Source: a virus (lineage: Duplodnaviria > Caudoviricetes). From it: a stretch of DNA of 64,000 nucleotides. The stretch is taken from the IMG/VR virus record IMGVR_UViG_3300029286_000011. The stretch is one strand, 5' to 3'. This document shows, one piece after another, positions 39,059-49,377 of this stretch. The notes beneath the pieces were generated by a model, which was not told the origin of the DNA, ran no database searches, and saw only the letters and a program-made list of their open reading frames with translations. The stretch's first letter is position 1. Every line of letters starts with the position of its first letter. A program made the translations under genes and the position numbers.

Positions 39059-40208
39059 TTGTGGCTCCTTTCAGCAATCCCAGGATGTTGTCACACACTA
39101 ATCTGTGGGCCAGCTGTTCCATGGCCAATCTATCCTCTAGTGGCTCATCCTTGGCCACCGTGGTCAACGCAGTATACAGGTCATATACAACACGAGTAGA
39201 ACAGCTTTCGTTTGTTGCATCGGCCTTGTAGCTACCTTGAACAACTGCCATACGAATCACTCGCTCGGCAGCTTGTGCAAATACTCTGTGACGGTACATG
39301 TCACGCAGTAACGTACCGCATAGTCGGGTTCTATTGCCGCAAGCATCATAGATGCCAAGTGGGGATCTCTTAGACTGCAACAACGCCCCGTACAACGGTG
39401 TAAGTTTCGTATCCAGCCCGGCCACGCCTTCGAACAGCTTGACTAGACGTTTGTCGAATTCGACTCTGCTTAGATGGTGTACCTGATTGGCTGTATCACG
39501 TGTCGATAAGCTACAGGAGTTACCCCATCTGCGCTGTGCATACGCTGACATGTTTACAGCAGCGTCACCAGACTCAGAGTTGTAGAAATGCCTGCCGTAG
39601 TAGAACGGTTCATACACGGCACCGGGCGTAGGCAAGGCAAAAGCCCTGTCCATAGCGCGAAACCTCAGCATGAACCTTCGACCAGTAAGCATGGCCTCCG
39701 AGAACATATACTCAGAGCCTTGGTACATATGCTCGCAGCACATCTGGTAGAAGTCCAGATTGGGCAGAAAGCAGTATCGAGTGCCTACTATGCCCTCTAT
39801 GCTTTTGGCGACTGGGTCAAGCACCATGCGCCAGCCACGGAAGGCACTGAATCTCAGTCGAACCATGTCATTGAAGATACGTATGGCCTGCTGCATATCC
39901 GGCGTAAGCTGCGGACGCCTTGTAGAGCGCGTAGTAGCTGAGCCTGACAGGTCGTACAAAAACGATGATAGGTTCGAAGCAAGACGTGAACACACCTCGC
40001 CAAAAGCAAAGGGCGTATAACTGAAGCCAGCTAACGTCTTCGCCTCTGGCGTAAGCATCAAGGCATCGGCAGACCGTATGACCACCAACGTATCCGAGCC
40101 GGTTTTGCGTAGGCAGTCTTCAAGTTCAACCTGCCCAGCACCCGGAGCGTCTACGGTAAACCTATGAGAATGACTTGGCGTCACCAGCCCAGATGTCACT
40201 CTCTCCAT
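39042..40208 (-). CDS. DUF932-like protein
   Basis: IEGIVGTRYCFLPNLDF...FYNSESGDAAV pattern. Confidence 0.5.
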   Translation of the reverse strand: MERVTSGLVTPSHSHRFTVDAPGAGQVELEDCLRKTGSDTLVVIRSADALMLTPEAKTLAGFSYTPFAFGEVCSRLASNLSSFLYDLSGSATTRSTRRPQLTPDMQQAIRIFNDMVRLRFSAFRGWRMVLDPVAKSIEGIVGTRYCFLPNLDFYQMCCEHMYQGSEYMFSEAMLTGRRFMLRFRAMDRAFALPTPGAVYEPFYYGRHFYNSESGDAAVNMSAYAQRRWGNSCSLSTRDTANQVHHLSRVEFDKRLVKLFEGVAGLDTKLTPLYGALLQSKRSPLGIYDACGNRTRLCGTLLRDMYRHRVFAQAAERVIRMAVVQGSYKADATNESCSTRVVYDLYTALTTVAKDEPLEDRLAMEQLAHRLVCDNILGLLKGATSGKSS

Positions 40209-40768
40209 AACGTCCTCTTTCCGTCAGGATTAGCGTCGTCGATACATCGTAGAAGCGATGATACTGTCTCCACAACGTGCGTAGAGCCGTTATCAGCAAT
40301 GTGTACGAGTCGTACACCTGGCGACGACGTGTTAGGACTTAGACCGTGTATAACCATTCCGCACGAACCGGGCAAGTTCGGCCAGTAAAATACTAGTCCA
40401 GCCAGCCCGGTCCCAACCGTATCCTCGGGCGCTGATTCGCACAACGCCTCGTACTCGTCCACAAATGACCGAGTTGCAAATGAGCAGAAAAGGCTGGATA
40501 GCTTACACGTCTTAGCTATGTTGTGTAGCTTAGCTATCCCAAAATACATAGGAAACATCGGGCAGACGTGATAGAAGCTCGATAATGTGCAGAACGTTGC
40601 GCCTGTCTCGGCGGTAGAGAACTGCAGAGCTTCCCTGCGAAGTATTGTCGGCACACGGTACCAATTGAACAGAAACGACGTCAGCTTTTCTTCAAAGGAA
40701 ATACCACGACGCCTGTTCAGGTCCCTGAAGTTAGGCCCGCCGGGTGCGCCAGGAATCTGAAAATCCAT
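40196..40768 (-). CDS. hypothetical protein
   Basis: 190-aa ORF downstream of recA. Confidence 0.6.
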   Translation of the reverse strand: MDFQIPGAPGGPNFRDLNRRRGISFEEKLTSFLFNWYRVPTILRREALQFSTAETGATFCTLSSFYHVCPMFPMYFGIAKLHNIAKTCKLSSLFCSFATRSFVDEYEALCESAPEDTVGTGLAGLVFYWPNLPGSCGMVIHGLSPNTSSPGVRLVHIADNGSTHVVETVSSLLRCIDDANPDGKRTLWRE

Positions 40769-40771
40769 ACA

Positions 40772-42091
40772 TCACCTCGTGCCGTTGGCCTTGCCGTACG
40801 TTCGCAACGCCTCAACAATCCGAACCTTTGCGTCCCTGCGCTGCAATATAAAGTCTTCTCCACTCTGGAACACACGTCGAACCTTGATGCCAAACAACTG
40901 CCTGAGACCAGACAGTACCTCAGGATGTTCCATAATAGATGCGCCGGCCTCGTAGTATTCGGCTGGCTTCTTCTTACTTATGCCCAACGCCTTCGACCAG
41001 ATCTTAGTTGCTGTGCCTTCCTTGACTTTGTTCAGGTCTAAGATCTCACGAAGTGCCTTGGCCTTGGTTCCCTCAAACGATAGCAACAAGTTGATAGTGG
41101 AACCATGCCAGTCCCACACTGTGCGCTGTTTCCAGCCTTGTTGCTGCGTTTCTGGATCCATCATCTCTTCTTCCCACCAGATGATGTCGACAGGTATCTG
41201 CCTGTGACCCTCACCGTAGGCATTCTTATAGCACTTCATCATCAGATGCATGCCGCCACGATCAACTAGATCAATCTGCCAGCGTTGAGCGCGTGTTAGT
41301 TCAAGTTCAAAGCTTTCCTGAAACTCCACATGCTTGCCGCCCGGTCGACCACGTACAGGCTTTCCCTGATTGTCTGTGCCGCGCTTCAGATGATTGATGG
41401 CCAACACAGAGAAAGGCCAGTCCACAATGTCTTGCGGCAGCTTCTTCAGGAAGCTTGTGATGGACATAGCCTCAATGGGATGTCCGCGACCGGCATGGCC
41501 TTCTTTAGTGATCTTGTCTTGAGTCTCTCGCGTAGACTTACCTGTCAGACTATCGATGAGGGCCAGGTACGGGAATATTCGACCTGGGCCTTTGTTCTTC
41601 TTGTCGCCAAGCATCTGTTCCTTCATGAAGTTCAGCGACCACTGCAGCAGCTCCTGCCACGTATCAATGGAATCGCATGGAACATGGCCCATAGCGTCAG
41701 GCTGGTCCCATCCGAGTATGGACAGTGCCCAGTCTGGTGAGTACTTGGACTCATGTTCAAATAACGTGCCGGATCCACTGGCCTCACGAAACCATCGAAC
41801 TACTTCAAATCCGAATGCAGACTTACAGCAGCCTGGAGGCCCGACAAGTTGCACCACTAGCCCCAAGGGCCACACAGTGTTTTGTGTCAGATACTCCATC
41901 GAGAATGACGGTAGCGGCAAGCCACATACAAGACTCAGTGCTTCGCCTGCCGTGCATATCTTATCGTCGTGTCTGACTATCGACAGGTTTCCAATCAGAT
42001 TTCGAGTCAGCCCGGCTGACAATTTGGACACTTGCTGCTTGTCCATCAGCTTAGGTGCTGCACTTCTACGTCTGGCCATATGCCGCTCCAT
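40772..42091 (-). CDS. recA: RecA/UvsX-like recombinase
   Basis: Walker A GPPGCCKS, ALIDSL Walker B, INHLK, PGGKHVEF. Confidence 0.8.
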   Translation of the reverse strand: MERHMARRRSAAPKLMDKQQVSKLSAGLTRNLIGNLSIVRHDDKICTAGEALSLVCGLPLPSFSMEYLTQNTVWPLGLVVQLVGPPGCCKSAFGFEVVRWFREASGSGTLFEHESKYSPDWALSILGWDQPDAMGHVPCDSIDTWQELLQWSLNFMKEQMLGDKKNKGPGRIFPYLALIDSLTGKSTRETQDKITKEGHAGRGHPIEAMSITSFLKKLPQDIVDWPFSVLAINHLKRGTDNQGKPVRGRPGGKHVEFQESFELELTRAQRWQIDLVDRGGMHLMMKCYKNAYGEGHRQIPVDIIWWEEEMMDPETQQQGWKQRTVWDWHGSTINLLLSFEGTKAKALREILDLNKVKEGTATKIWSKALGISKKKPAEYYEAGASIMEHPEVLSGLRQLFGIKVRRVFQSGEDFILQRRDAKVRIVEALRTYGKANGTR

Positions 42092-42092
42092 G

Positions 42093-42112
42093 GATGTAAT
42101 TAGCGCTAATTA
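42093..42112. promoter_or_regulatory. palindromic motif copy 4
   Basis: GATGTAATTAGCGCTAATTA, between a terminator and the recA start. Confidence 0.75.
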
Positions 42113-42117
42113 AATTC

Positions 42118-42158
42118 AAAGAAAACAGCGGCCGGGATTTGTTGGTCCCGGCCGCTGT
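42118..42158 (-). terminator. Rho-independent terminator
   Basis: ACAGCGGCCGGGA-N8-TCCCGGCCGCTGT with U-rich tail on the minus strand. Confidence 0.8.
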
Positions 42159-42171
42159 CTGTGTGGCCGTG

Positions 42172-43944
42172 TTAGGCCCTCTTACCGAGTTTCTTCTTCT
42201 TACCCGGTATTGGCGCAGGCGTACTGGGTCGGCCCACCTTGGCCGGCTCAGAGGCCTTCTCACGCCCGCTGGCACGCTGCTGCGCTTCCAGCAAGGCCTT
42301 GCTGACCTTAGCCTCCTCGTCAGCAAGCTGCTTGTCTCGCTTGCTACGTTTTCGAGGCTGCTCTTCCTCTACTTCAGCCCGTTCGTCTCCATCGGAATCG
42401 TCTTCTTCGTCGTCGACGGCTTCTTCGTCGTCTTCGTCTTCGGGCTCTTCTTCGTCATCTTCGTCTTCGACGGCTTCGTCGTCTTCGTCGTCGTCTTCGG
42501 ACTCTTCTTCGTCTGCTTCTTCATCATCATCCTCGATGTCGTCGGCCAGAGTGTCATCATCAACGACGTCGTCGGCCGGCACGACATCTTGATCATCCGT
42601 ATCCTCTTCTACCTCTTCTGTGTCTTCGTCTTCCAGCTCTTCGTCAGCCTCTTTGATTGCCTTTTCGGCATCGTCGTAACGAGGGCGACGCTTTTCGCTG
42701 GTAGTACCAGACACACCCTTGGAGCGGGCACGAGCAGGCTTGTCGTCAGCTTCGTCCGTGTCTTCCACGTCTTCAGCCGTCGGCTTGCCAGAAGTTTTGC
42801 GCGACGCATTTTTCAGCACCGCCTCGACTTCCGGAGTGAAGTACTCTTCGTGCTCTGCCCAAGCCATGTCCAACAGTTTACGTACGTCACGGAAACCACG
42901 CAATGCCATTGCGGTGTACAGGGCGATCTTGGAATTGTCGGGAATATCCAAGATGTCGTCCCACCACTGGATCTTCTTGGCCAGATGCTTGAACTGCTCG
43001 GGGCCGATAGCCGGCGAGTACTTCAGCTTCTTACCGTTGGAGATCATCACAGGGCTGACAATCGATTCGTAGCCCTTGTTTTCATTGTCGTCTTCACCTT
43101 CGGCCTTACGACGACTCTGCCAATCGGCTGCACCGTCGTCATCGGTCTCCAGTTCAACATCGTCCTTAGCAGGATTCCAGATGATGAAGAACCGACCTTT
43201 GTCCAAGGCCACAGGATCACCATGCTTCATCCGGCGCTCCCAATCATTTGGGTCGCCGTGATAGTTCTCGGCCTCTTCAGACAGCATCTTGTTGATGCCC
43301 TTCATGCCGGAACCAGGCAACTCGATAACCGGGATCGGATCCTTAGCGTCCAACCCTCGCGGAATACCGTTCTTCCGAATGTACAGATCTTTGTCCTGCT
43401 TGAAGACCAATGCTTGCAGGAAGGTCATCTTACGTACGTTGGGCAACATGGCCTGTCGTACGCGGGTCAGCTTGTCCCAGTAGCGCGGAGCTTCACCATC
43501 CTCAGATGTTTCAGAGTGGGCAATCCTTCGAACCAACAGGTACGGGTTGCCACTCGTATCGTACTCCACGTTATACGGGTCGTAGCAGATAAAAGTGAAC
43601 AGACTCTTCTCTTCACCAGCGAACCGGACACACGGGTATGACCGAAGCCAGTCACCGTATTCGCCCGGCTCGACACCGATCCGATAAGGATCCAACGTCG
43701 TAGGATCTTCGGCACAGAACATCGGAAGCGGTCGAATGATAAGCGACCGGCCCTCGTACACGGGTCGGATCACCTGAATCTGAGCACCAGGCTTGAAGCA
43801 TCGATCATCGGGCGGAATGCCGTAACGATCAACGCCATGGTCCTTGTACCGGTACTTGCGCTCTCGGGGGGCCTGCCCAGGCAGACTGAAATCACCCTTG
43901 GTGTTACCGGCCGAACCCTGAAGCGTACGTTGAGATTTTGCCAC
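42172..43944 (-). CDS. putative ssDNA-binding protein with very long acidic tail
   Basis: located between polA and recA; IIRPLP motif reminiscent of gp32-type SSBs; D/E tract. Confidence 0.5.
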   Translation of the reverse strand: MAKSQRTLQGSAGNTKGDFSLPGQAPRERKYRYKDHGVDRYGIPPDDRCFKPGAQIQVIRPVYEGRSLIIRPLPMFCAEDPTTLDPYRIGVEPGEYGDWLRSYPCVRFAGEEKSLFTFICYDPYNVEYDTSGNPYLLVRRIAHSETSEDGEAPRYWDKLTRVRQAMLPNVRKMTFLQALVFKQDKDLYIRKNGIPRGLDAKDPIPVIELPGSGMKGINKMLSEEAENYHGDPNDWERRMKHGDPVALDKGRFFIIWNPAKDDVELETDDDGAADWQSRRKAEGEDDNENKGYESIVSPVMISNGKKLKYSPAIGPEQFKHLAKKIQWWDDILDIPDNSKIALYTAMALRGFRDVRKLLDMAWAEHEEYFTPEVEAVLKNASRKTSGKPTAEDVEDTDEADDKPARARSKGVSGTTSEKRRPRYDDAEKAIKEADEELEDEDTEEVEEDTDDQDVVPADDVVDDDTLADDIEDDDEEADEEESEDDDEDDEAVEDEDDEEEPEDEDDEEAVDDEEDDSDGDERAEVEEEQPRKRSKRDKQLADEEAKVSKALLEAQQRASGREKASEPAKVGRPSTPAPIPGKKKKLGKRA

Positions 43945-43985
43945 AGAATACTCCCTCGTCTAGGAAACAGTTTGGATAGCCAATT

Positions 43986-44678
43986 CTAGGATGCAACAAG
44001 CTTCCCGTCGATCCACAATTTGTTGGGTATCTGCGGGTGCGTATACCCTCTATCTTGTTGAATCCAGCCGGCAAATTTGCAGTCGAATCCGAGTGTGTTA
44101 CATTCGTCCGGCATCAGCCTGTCACCCCAGTGTGTGAATACGTCGATATCTACCCCTAAGTGGTAAGGACCATCGCCATTCGGCATACCGTCCAAGCTAC
44201 ACGGATAGATAGGCACACGCTCGCACATGCAGGTTGGAATGATGTCGGTTATCAGTTTTCCAACAAACTGGATAGGCACCAAGTACAACAAGGCGTCGTG
44301 TATGCCTAGCACTATTTTGAAGTCCAGTTCGTCAGGCGAATACCGCTCACGCTCAAGCACTAGATGATCGACAGCTCGATTCAGCGCGTCGGCAATCATG
44401 CCCTGGATAGGGCAGTTCATGAACTCACGTTCGAAGTCCTTAATCAGTCGGTCGTCTTCCGTATAAGGCGTTCGTCTGAATCTGCCAAAGCAGCCGCAGA
44501 TCCAACGGTCTTCTCGGGCCCTACGCCGGCACTCTTCGAAGAAAGGTATCAAACCAGGGTACATCTCGAATATGGCGTCAATCACGCGCTGAGCCTCATC
44601 AACCGAGATGTTTACCTTCTCCTCCTTGGCCGCTAGGGCTATAGCCTTAGCCCCCCGACCGTATGCTACTCCAAAAAT
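43986..44678 (-). CDS. polA: family A DNA polymerase, exon 2
   Basis: starts IFGVAYG (rest of motif B); FGRFRR; EFMNCPIQG; motif C GIHDALL. Confidence 0.9.
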   Translation of the reverse strand: MFGVAYGRGAKAIALAAKEEKVNISVDEAQRVIDAIFEMYPGLIPFFEECRRRAREDRWICGCFGRFRRTPYTEDDRLIKDFEREFMNCPIQGMIADALNRAVDHLVLERERYSPDELDFKIVLGIHDALLYLVPIQFVGKLITDIIPTCMCERVPIYPCSLDGMPNGDGPYHLGVDIDVFTHWGDRLMPDECNTLGFDCKFAGWIQQDRGYTHPQIPNKLWIDGKLVAS

Positions 44679-45615
44679 CCGAATTGTTATCCTGCCGGCT
44701 CTTTATCCAGCAGTTCTGCACGTCTTATATGTAGCTTCGTGCAGTCCAGACTATCTTTTCTCATTGCTGAGTCGCGGCCTCGTGCTGGGGTTATATTCTG
44801 CAAAGCAGTTTCACCCAGTAGTCGTTGCCCCTGGTAAAGCCGTTACGCCTTACCTTCAGGTCGGATTGTCCGGCTATTACGGAGGTTCCCGATTTTTTCC
44901 GCGATTTTAAGGCGGCCATTAGGCCAAATATTAAACAATGCAGCTTCGTATGCTTTCTTACTTCTGTGGCGCTTAGTGTGTATCGTTGCATGATGCTCAC
45001 AGCATAGTGGCACAAGATTCTCGATGGAGTCGTTGTATACGTCTCCATCAATATGATGTACCTCCACCTCATCGAGCCCTTCGCAGATTGCACACTCACG
45101 AGGCCATAGTTTATAGCAAGTACGGCGATAGTCTCCTCGGTAACGACGGCTTAATCCACCCTTCCACTGGTGATTGTCCTCGCCATACTGATTGCCACCG
45201 CTTCCGGTGCCGGGATTTTTGATTTTCCCGATCTTAACTTGCCGTTCGTACAGGTACACAGCCCTATGCCTTTCCCCACAGAATTTACAGTACCTTACAC
45301 GGCCACGACCTCGATACACGAAAGACATATCGCAAAGCTGACAAACAGCAGTTCGTGTTGGTTTACTTGCAGTCAAGCCGCAAGAGATTGAACAGTACTT
45401 CTGACTAAACGTCGTAGGTTTGTAATCTACGCCGCAAGCCGGGCACTGTCGTATAGTCCAGGTTGAACGCTGATGTCGACTTTTGCATATAGCGCTACAA
45501 AACTTCGCCCAAGGTCTATTGGGCGAGAATAACGTGCCGCACACAATGCATTGTTTTTGCATACACTAGTCCTCTGAGTATTAGTCCTAGTGTGGCTATA
45601 TTTGGTGTGAATCAC
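44679..45615 (-). mobile_element. group I intron (937 nt) in polA motif B
   Basis: exon 1 ends in U (GTT), intron ends in G; splicing restores K-A-V-I-F-G-V-A-Y-G; P7-type elements CAACGACUA and AAGAUAGUCU present. Confidence 0.85.
44843..45562 (-). CDS. intron-encoded HNH homing endonuclease with zinc ribbons
   Basis: CAICE...EVHHIDGDVYNDSIENLVPLCCEHH; N-terminal CxxC repeats. Confidence 0.9.
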   Translation of the reverse strand: MQKQCIVCGTLFSPNRPWAKFCSAICKSRHQRSTWTIRQCPACGVDYKPTTFSQKYCSISCGLTASKPTRTAVCQLCDMSFVYRGRGRVRYCKFCGERHRAVYLYERQVKIGKIKNPGTGSGGNQYGEDNHQWKGGLSRRYRGDYRRTCYKLWPRECAICEGLDEVEVHHIDGDVYNDSIENLVPLCCEHHATIHTKRHRSKKAYEAALFNIWPNGRLKIAEKIGNLRNSRTIRPEGKA

Positions 45616-48246
45616 AACCGCCTTCGCCAAAATTCGCATGTGAGACATGTTGATGGACTTGAGTCCACCCTTGGTAGGCTCACATGTGTAGCCGAAGGCG
45701 AGACAGGCGATATTGCTATGTATGTCGTAGTAGTTCTCATGCCACTCAGGCAGCTGATTACGCTTAGCATGTTCGATCATCTTGGCATCGCCGCTCATAA
45801 CAGCCATGCCAAACAACTCTGCACCAACGTAGTCAGCCTCTACCAGCACATAGCCTGGGGGTGCCATGATCATTGATCGCAATGACCATCGATACAGCTC
45901 CGCAAGGATTCGCTTGTAATCTACCTCACGCCGCTTCGTCCAGTTCTGACACGGCGGTCTGGCAGAAGACCAACGACCTGTTTCCTTAGTCGGATAGATG
46001 TGCGTACGTATTCTTCCGTCGTCACAGATAAAGGACGGCAAGCCAGCTGTGTATATCAGCTCGCCATAGTCGTCACGCAGGTATTCACCAGACGGATCAT
46101 CTTCGTCAACACAAGGTGGCTTGAGCATCATGCGAAGCACCTGCGAGATGAAACGGTAGTCTCGCAGCAGCATCACAGGGTTACTAAGGTCTCGTATTAC
46201 TGTAGTTCCGTCTGGATTCTTGCACTCTACTATCTGGGCTTCCTGTGCCAGTAGCGACAGGGCCATCTTGTCAGTGCTTGGTGCCTTCTGATCGGCTATA
46301 CCCTTTCTGACAACCTCCTCCCAGCGCATTGGAGGCTTGTCTGTGCTGAGCAAAGGCTGAAGCTGTAGTGATACGGCCCCTTCAGGACGTAGTCTGATGT
46401 GTGGCTCGAAAATAGACTTTCTCTTGCCGTTGTACTGTTCGCCAAACAGAAACTCACGTACCTGGAACACAGAGTTGAGATTGAAGTCTGGCCACTTAGC
46501 CAACGATCTTAACTCTTTGACCAGCTTTTCCTGGGCTGTGAGATAGTTCTCTGTGAGTGACTCCAGACGATCCCTGTCTAGCAGCAGTCCAGTTGTGTTG
46601 ATTTCAAATATGGCAGGAACGGCCCGCATCGTCATCCAGAAAGCTTCCCAACAATTGTTGCCAAACTCATCACATGACAACAATGGCTGTAGCTTCAGCG
46701 TGATACGGCGAACCACATCGGCGTCGTAGTTTGCATAAGGGTACAGAATCTCGCCAGGGCAAGGGCCATAGCCTTCTAGATCCTGAGCCTTCATCTTGTT
46801 GATACGACAGTAGTCCCTTCGCCACTGGTCAAGAATCAGGTCATACCTGGGTGCCGTAGTGAATCGCAACGTCAATGCAATCAGGTCTAGGTCTGCTGTC
46901 TCCTGAATGGCATGCATGGCGTAGCCCATGTCAAAGCCGCCGGTAGGACAGCTAGACATGGCATTAGTCATAGTCTCCTGCCAAGTGTCAGCCACACGGA
47001 AGTTAGGCCTTATGTCTATGCCCTCGGGCACAAGCCACTCAAGATCTGCTACCAGAAACTGACCGCATATTCGACGGCCCTTCATGATACGCATCAACAG
47101 CGCAACAACTTCGTCGTGCTCAGCGCCCTTGAAACACCAAGCACCTTGCATATCTCTGAATACAATGCACGCCGCTGACTTGTGTCGCCACGATATCTGG
47201 AATGTTCGTAGATACGCGCCCTTGTTCTGTGGGTGCGTACCATGCCATTCAGCGTCCACGCCCAGCAAGTTGTCATCGCATTCGACGGCAATTTCTTCAG
47301 CAAGCTCTCGAAGCGTATCAATGTCGTCTACAACCCTGTGGTCAACATCGGACTCGCTACGATCCCAACGAACGCCCTGCACAAGCTGGCCAAAACGCGC
47401 GACTGCAAAATCCAGCTTGTCTCGCTGTGCTGGTTCAGCCAGTACCGCTGCTGGATGTGTGCATGTCATGACAAGTGCCGAATGCTCGGTTAGACTTCCG
47501 TCCTCCTCTCGCACGGAGTACTTGTAATCGACTACGCGGCCTTCCATGTAGGAAACAGTAGCCTGCTTGCCTAGCAGAGCCTTGCTAGCATCAGCGCCCA
47601 TACACATGATGTACTTGGGCTGGACTATTCTGATCTCCTGCTGCAACACAGGTAACCAAGCATCCATCCAACACTTCTTCAGCTGCGACTTGTTGCCTAT
47701 TGGATGTTCTGTCTTTATCAGATTAGTCACATACCATCGGCCACACTTTATGCCGAGCTTACGACAGGTATCACGCAGCAAGATGCCAGATGGTCCTACC
47801 AGGTTCTGACCGTCTGTACGCTCCTCTATGCCTAGATGCTTGCCTATAACCATCACGTCTGAACGCTTGGGCCCAATCTCTTCGTCTACCCATATGTGAC
47901 CTCCAACAATGGGTAATACAGTTTTGACACCGCCGGCCCCTGTGAATGGCAAGCTATACGAAGCGGAGCTGGTGAGGATTCGACAATAGACCTGTTGCAG
48001 CTTGTTAAGTACGTGGTCTTTGTACTCACCTATCTCGTCTGCCTCAGTGTTGAAGTCTAGCATCTTCTGCTTTGACTTCTTCTTAGGCTTCTTCTTGCCT
48101 GTGACCGGTGAGATTACAGGCGTAGGTTCACCAACCTCAGCAATCACGTACTCCAGCAAGTCACCGCCAGGCGGCGGTATACCTGGTGTATCGAAAGGCT
48201 GAAGCTTGAACTTGATACGTAGCGCCTCTGATGCAATATCAGCCAT
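45616..48246 (-). CDS. polA: family A DNA polymerase exon 1 (UDG-like + 3'-5' exonuclease + polymerase)
   Basis: UDG family 4-like VMVIGKHLG..E..GQNLVGPSG, TCTHPAAVL; exonuclease GVDAEW; TGRWSSARP; motif A EADYVGAEL; motif B start RILAKAV. Confidence 0.9.
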
Positions 48247-49374
48247 CTATTTGTGCCTTCTAAAGTCCACGGCTATGCCATGCTTCTTGGCCTCCGCTCG
48301 TATGTACGCAAACGTGAATTCGCTAGCCAACGAACCTGGGTCTGTACCTGCCGGCAAATACACAGGCAATACAGGCAGGCCGCAGTTTTTGAGATCCCTG
48401 TAAGCCTTAGAGATGTGATGCAGGTCACCACGCTCACGCGCCTTGGCGTCCTGATCTGGATCAAGCAACAAGACTATGGTGGCATTGTCGCCATAGCGCT
48501 TACGAATACTGGATACCAGTAAACGTCGCTGGTAGGGGCTTATGGTCTTTCCAATGACGCCCACGCCGCGACCTAGTATGCCCCAGGTATCGGCCATGCC
48601 CTCGACAACACAGACAGTTCGGCACTGCAATGCGCGATCAAGGTTGTACAGCAGATAACGCCGCTTCATTGTTGGGCAGGACCAATACTTCAGTATGCCA
48701 AGCTCTTTGAGACTCTTGCCCGCAACCTGATCCGCCGGATAACGAGCCTGCCATCCAACCAGAGCACCATCCATGTAGATTGGAATAATGATCCTGTTGC
48801 GTGCAAGCCTCCAGCGGCTGTCGCAGCACCAGCTAACGTCATAGACACGAGACAGCTTTGCTGGGTCATAGCCGCGACTCTGCAGGTATGTGACAGCCTC
48901 ATGCCCAGGCTGCCTAGCGGCCAATTCCTCCAGGCTTACCAGAAGCCCTGGCGGTTCAACCACAACAGGCCCGTCCTGGCTGTCGTCAGCGACAACAGAT
49001 CTTAGACGACTCCTAGGCCGACCAAACGAATAGGCAGCATTACAAAGCTGCTCTCGTCGATCAGGATCACTGAGACAGCGTTCGTTGTAACACTGGGCCA
49101 GGAATAGATTGCGACTATTAGTCTCAGGATCCCATACACCCCAGCGGTGATTGATCGTGAGACGCATACGCGTGTCGCCACAGAACGGGCAGTTGATGTG
49201 ATACTCTTCGCCAGATTCAACGATCTTTCGTTTCCACTGGTACTTCGAGTTTCGACTCAGCAGGTCTCTGACCAGCTTCCAACGTATTGGCTGGCCTTCA
49301 GCGCTAACATCAACACGGCCGTATACGCGCTTCAAGCCTGCGTATAGTTCGGCATTGATGGCTTTACTTTTCAT
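48247..49374 (-). CDS. DNA primase (zinc finger + TOPRIM)
   Basis: NCPFCGD, CYNERC, RIIIPI, VVEGMAD, LLLDPD. Confidence 0.85.
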   Translation of the reverse strand: MKSKAINAELYAGLKRVYGRVDVSAEGQPIRWKLVRDLLSRNSKYQWKRKIVESGEEYHINCPFCGDTRMRLTINHRWGVWDPETNSRNLFLAQCYNERCLSDPDRREQLCNAAYSFGRPRSRLRSVVADDSQDGPVVVEPPGLLVSLEELAARQPGHEAVTYLQSRGYDPAKLSRVYDVSWCCDSRWRLARNRIIIPIYMDGALVGWQARYPADQVAGKSLKELGILKYWSCPTMKRRYLLYNLDRALQCRTVCVVEGMADTWGILGRGVGVIGKTISPYQRRLLVSSIRKRYGDNATIVLLLDPDQDAKARERGDLHHISKAYRDLKNCGLPVLPVYLPAGTDPGSLASEFTFAYIRAEAKKHGIAVDFRRHK

Positions 49375-49377
49375 TGG

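Noticed and set aside
40733-40748. Partial match AGGCCCGC|CGGGTGCG to the guide at 10602
   Set aside because: Only 5/8 in the first half with junction mismatches; compatible with chance.
42139-43641. 500-aa + strand ORF and similar long + strand ORFs (e.g. 27685..28482, 11037..11591, 37835..38431)
   Set aside because: Antisense shadows of biased or low-complexity minus-strand genes; no recognisable motifs.
45427-45615. C-terminal tail of the 939-aa ORF as part of the polymerase
   Set aside because: It is read-through into the group I intron; the real protein continues at 44678.
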